From an uncultured bacterium (GTDB lineage: Bacteria > Patescibacteriota > Minisyncoccia > Phycocordibacterales > DATDWN01), in the NCBI GenBank assembly GCA_903861205.1, contig CAIOTC010000018.1, positions 11,800 to 75,799 of the forward strand: a stretch of DNA of 64,000 bases. The letters are read 5' to 3'. Shown here one piece after another: positions 62,929 to 64,000 of the stretch (its first letter is position 1; the number at the start of each line of letters is the position of its first letter). The notes under the pieces are model-generated. The model saw only the letters and a list, made by a program, of their open reading frames with translations. It was not told where the DNA came from and searched no databases. The translations under genes were made by a program, and so were the position numbers.

Positions 62929-64000
62929 ATGAGCCAGCGGGGGTTTGTCAAAACCAAAAAGGTGATCACGGTGGCGGTGCTCACGGTCCTCGTGGCCGCG
63001 TCGATTGTCATTCTGCCGACCTTAACGCAGGCGAGTTGGTTTTCGAACGGCAAAGGCACCTGGAACTACCGCCAGAAAATTACACTCAATCACAAGCAGG
63101 TCAACCAAGCGACGAAAAGCAAAACGCCGCTCGCCAATTTTCCCGTCCTCATCAGCACGACAAACGTCCAGTTCAAATCGCTCACAAACGGCGGGCATGT
63201 CGGGCTGGACACCGGTTACGACATTGTCTTTACCACCGGCGATGGCAAAACCAAACTGGCGCACGAAATTGAAAAGTACGACGCCACGACCGGCCAAATA
63301 ATCGCCTGGGTCAAAGTTCCGTCGCTCAGCCCGACCACCGACACCACTATATATATGTACTACGGCAACGCCGCGGAAACCGGCAACGAGCAGAATGCGA
63401 CGGGGGTTTGGGATAGTAATTATCAATCCATCTACCATTTAGGCAACGGCACATCGCTTTCTGTCAGCGATTCCAAAAATGCTCACAATGCGACGAATAA
63501 CGGACCGGTAACTGCCACCACAGGACGAATTGACGGCGCGGCGAATGGCTTCAATTCTACCGGAACAAAATATATAGATACAGGCTATCCAATGCTTTCC
63601 ACTACCGATACAGCGGCTCCGTATACCGTGAGTTTGTGGTTTTCCAATGTGACTAATACCGTAGATTTAATTGGTCAGTTTGTTTCAGGTGATGCCGGAA
63701 GAACCACTCTTAATAAGGCGGGAAGTGTATTAATTTTTACTACAAATGGAGGCGCAAGGATTACAGGAACAAAAACAGTTAATGATGGCAGTATGCATTA
63801 TGTGACTCTAATAAAAGATAGTTCTAAAATTGTGACTATGTATGTTGATGGAGTACAAGATGGCAATACTTACACTAACAATGCGACTGCTTCAAACGTA
63901 AATACTTGGATCGGAAGAGGTTTTTATTATTTTACTGGTGGAATAATTGATGAAGTTCGTTTTTCCTCCACCGCCCGCACAGCCGACTGGATAAAAACCG
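62929..64000 (+). CDS. Signal-anchored LamG/concanavalin-A-like jellyroll (DUF2341-type) surface protein, 5' partial that continues beyond the window
   Basis: It is not in the ORF track, but frame +1 is open from the ATG at 62929 to the window end. It has an N-terminal TM anchor (ITVAVLTVLVAASIVILP) and the motif …GGIIDEVRFSSTARTADWIKT, the typical C-terminal signature of DUF2341/LamG-like domains. Confidence 0.5.
   Translation, partial: MSQRGFVKTKKVITVAVLTVLVAASIVILPTLTQASWFSNGKGTWNYRQKITLNHKQVNQATKSKTPLANFPVLISTTNVQFKSLTNGGHVGLDTGYDIVFTTGDGKTKLAHEIEKYDATTGQIIAWVKVPSLSPTTDTTIYMYYGNAAETGNEQNATGVWDSNYQSIYHLGNGTSLSVSDSKNAHNATNNGPVTATTGRIDGAANGFNSTGTKYIDTGYPMLSTTDTAAPYTVSLWFSNVTNTVDLIGQFVSGDAGRTTLNKAGSVLIFTTNGGARITGTKTVNDGSMHYVTLIKDSSKIVTMYVDGVQDGNTYTNNATASNVNTWIGRGFYYFTGGIIDEVRFSSTARTADWIKT

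Overview
This window has the hallmarks of a compact, small-genome bacterial (CPR/Patescibacteria-like) chromosome segment, and that placement is inferred from gene content only. Base composition is heterogeneous: the glycan island is about 30% GC, the housekeeping genes about 45%, and the giant ORF about 55%.

Feature map:
- A ~29 kb ABC-transporter-dependent (Wzm/Wzt-type) glycan biosynthesis island spans 124-28890. It carries many glycosyltransferases (GT2, GT4, GT10, GT11, GT17-like, GT-C) and an unusually large number of SAM methyltransferases, several fused to glycosyltransferase domains. It also encodes a 3,6-dideoxy/branched-sugar module (ColD/E1-like dehydratase plus a TPP enzyme), a B12-radical-SAM enzyme, and gmd-fcl for GDP-fucose.
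- A housekeeping block follows: an O-antigen-ligase/TPR protein, secA, a lytic transglycosylase/SH3 protein, a thioredoxin-like/DsbB pair, a MYG1-family hydrolase, obg and gatB.
- A 4377-aa giant repetitive ORF (47859-60992) has an N-terminal excisionase-like HTH, one TM helix and a tail-fibre-like C-terminus.
- Two IS200/RAYT-like Y1 transposase genes lie in a landscape of at least four families of short palindromic REP-like elements.

The most unusual observation is that these palindromic elements sit not only between genes but also in frame inside coding sequences. They occur twice in essential gatB, inside both RAYT genes themselves and several times in the giant ORF, in both orientations. 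This resembles the in-frame RPEs of Rickettsia, now next to candidate RAYT mobilisers.

Other points worth a second look:
- A 740-bp non-coding region upstream of secA has a canonical promoter and two perfect hairpins and is a candidate sRNA locus.
- A duplicated 5' gene fragment sits beside a low-GC inserted ORF at 61941-64000.
- The giant gene contains long internal near-identical DNA repeats.
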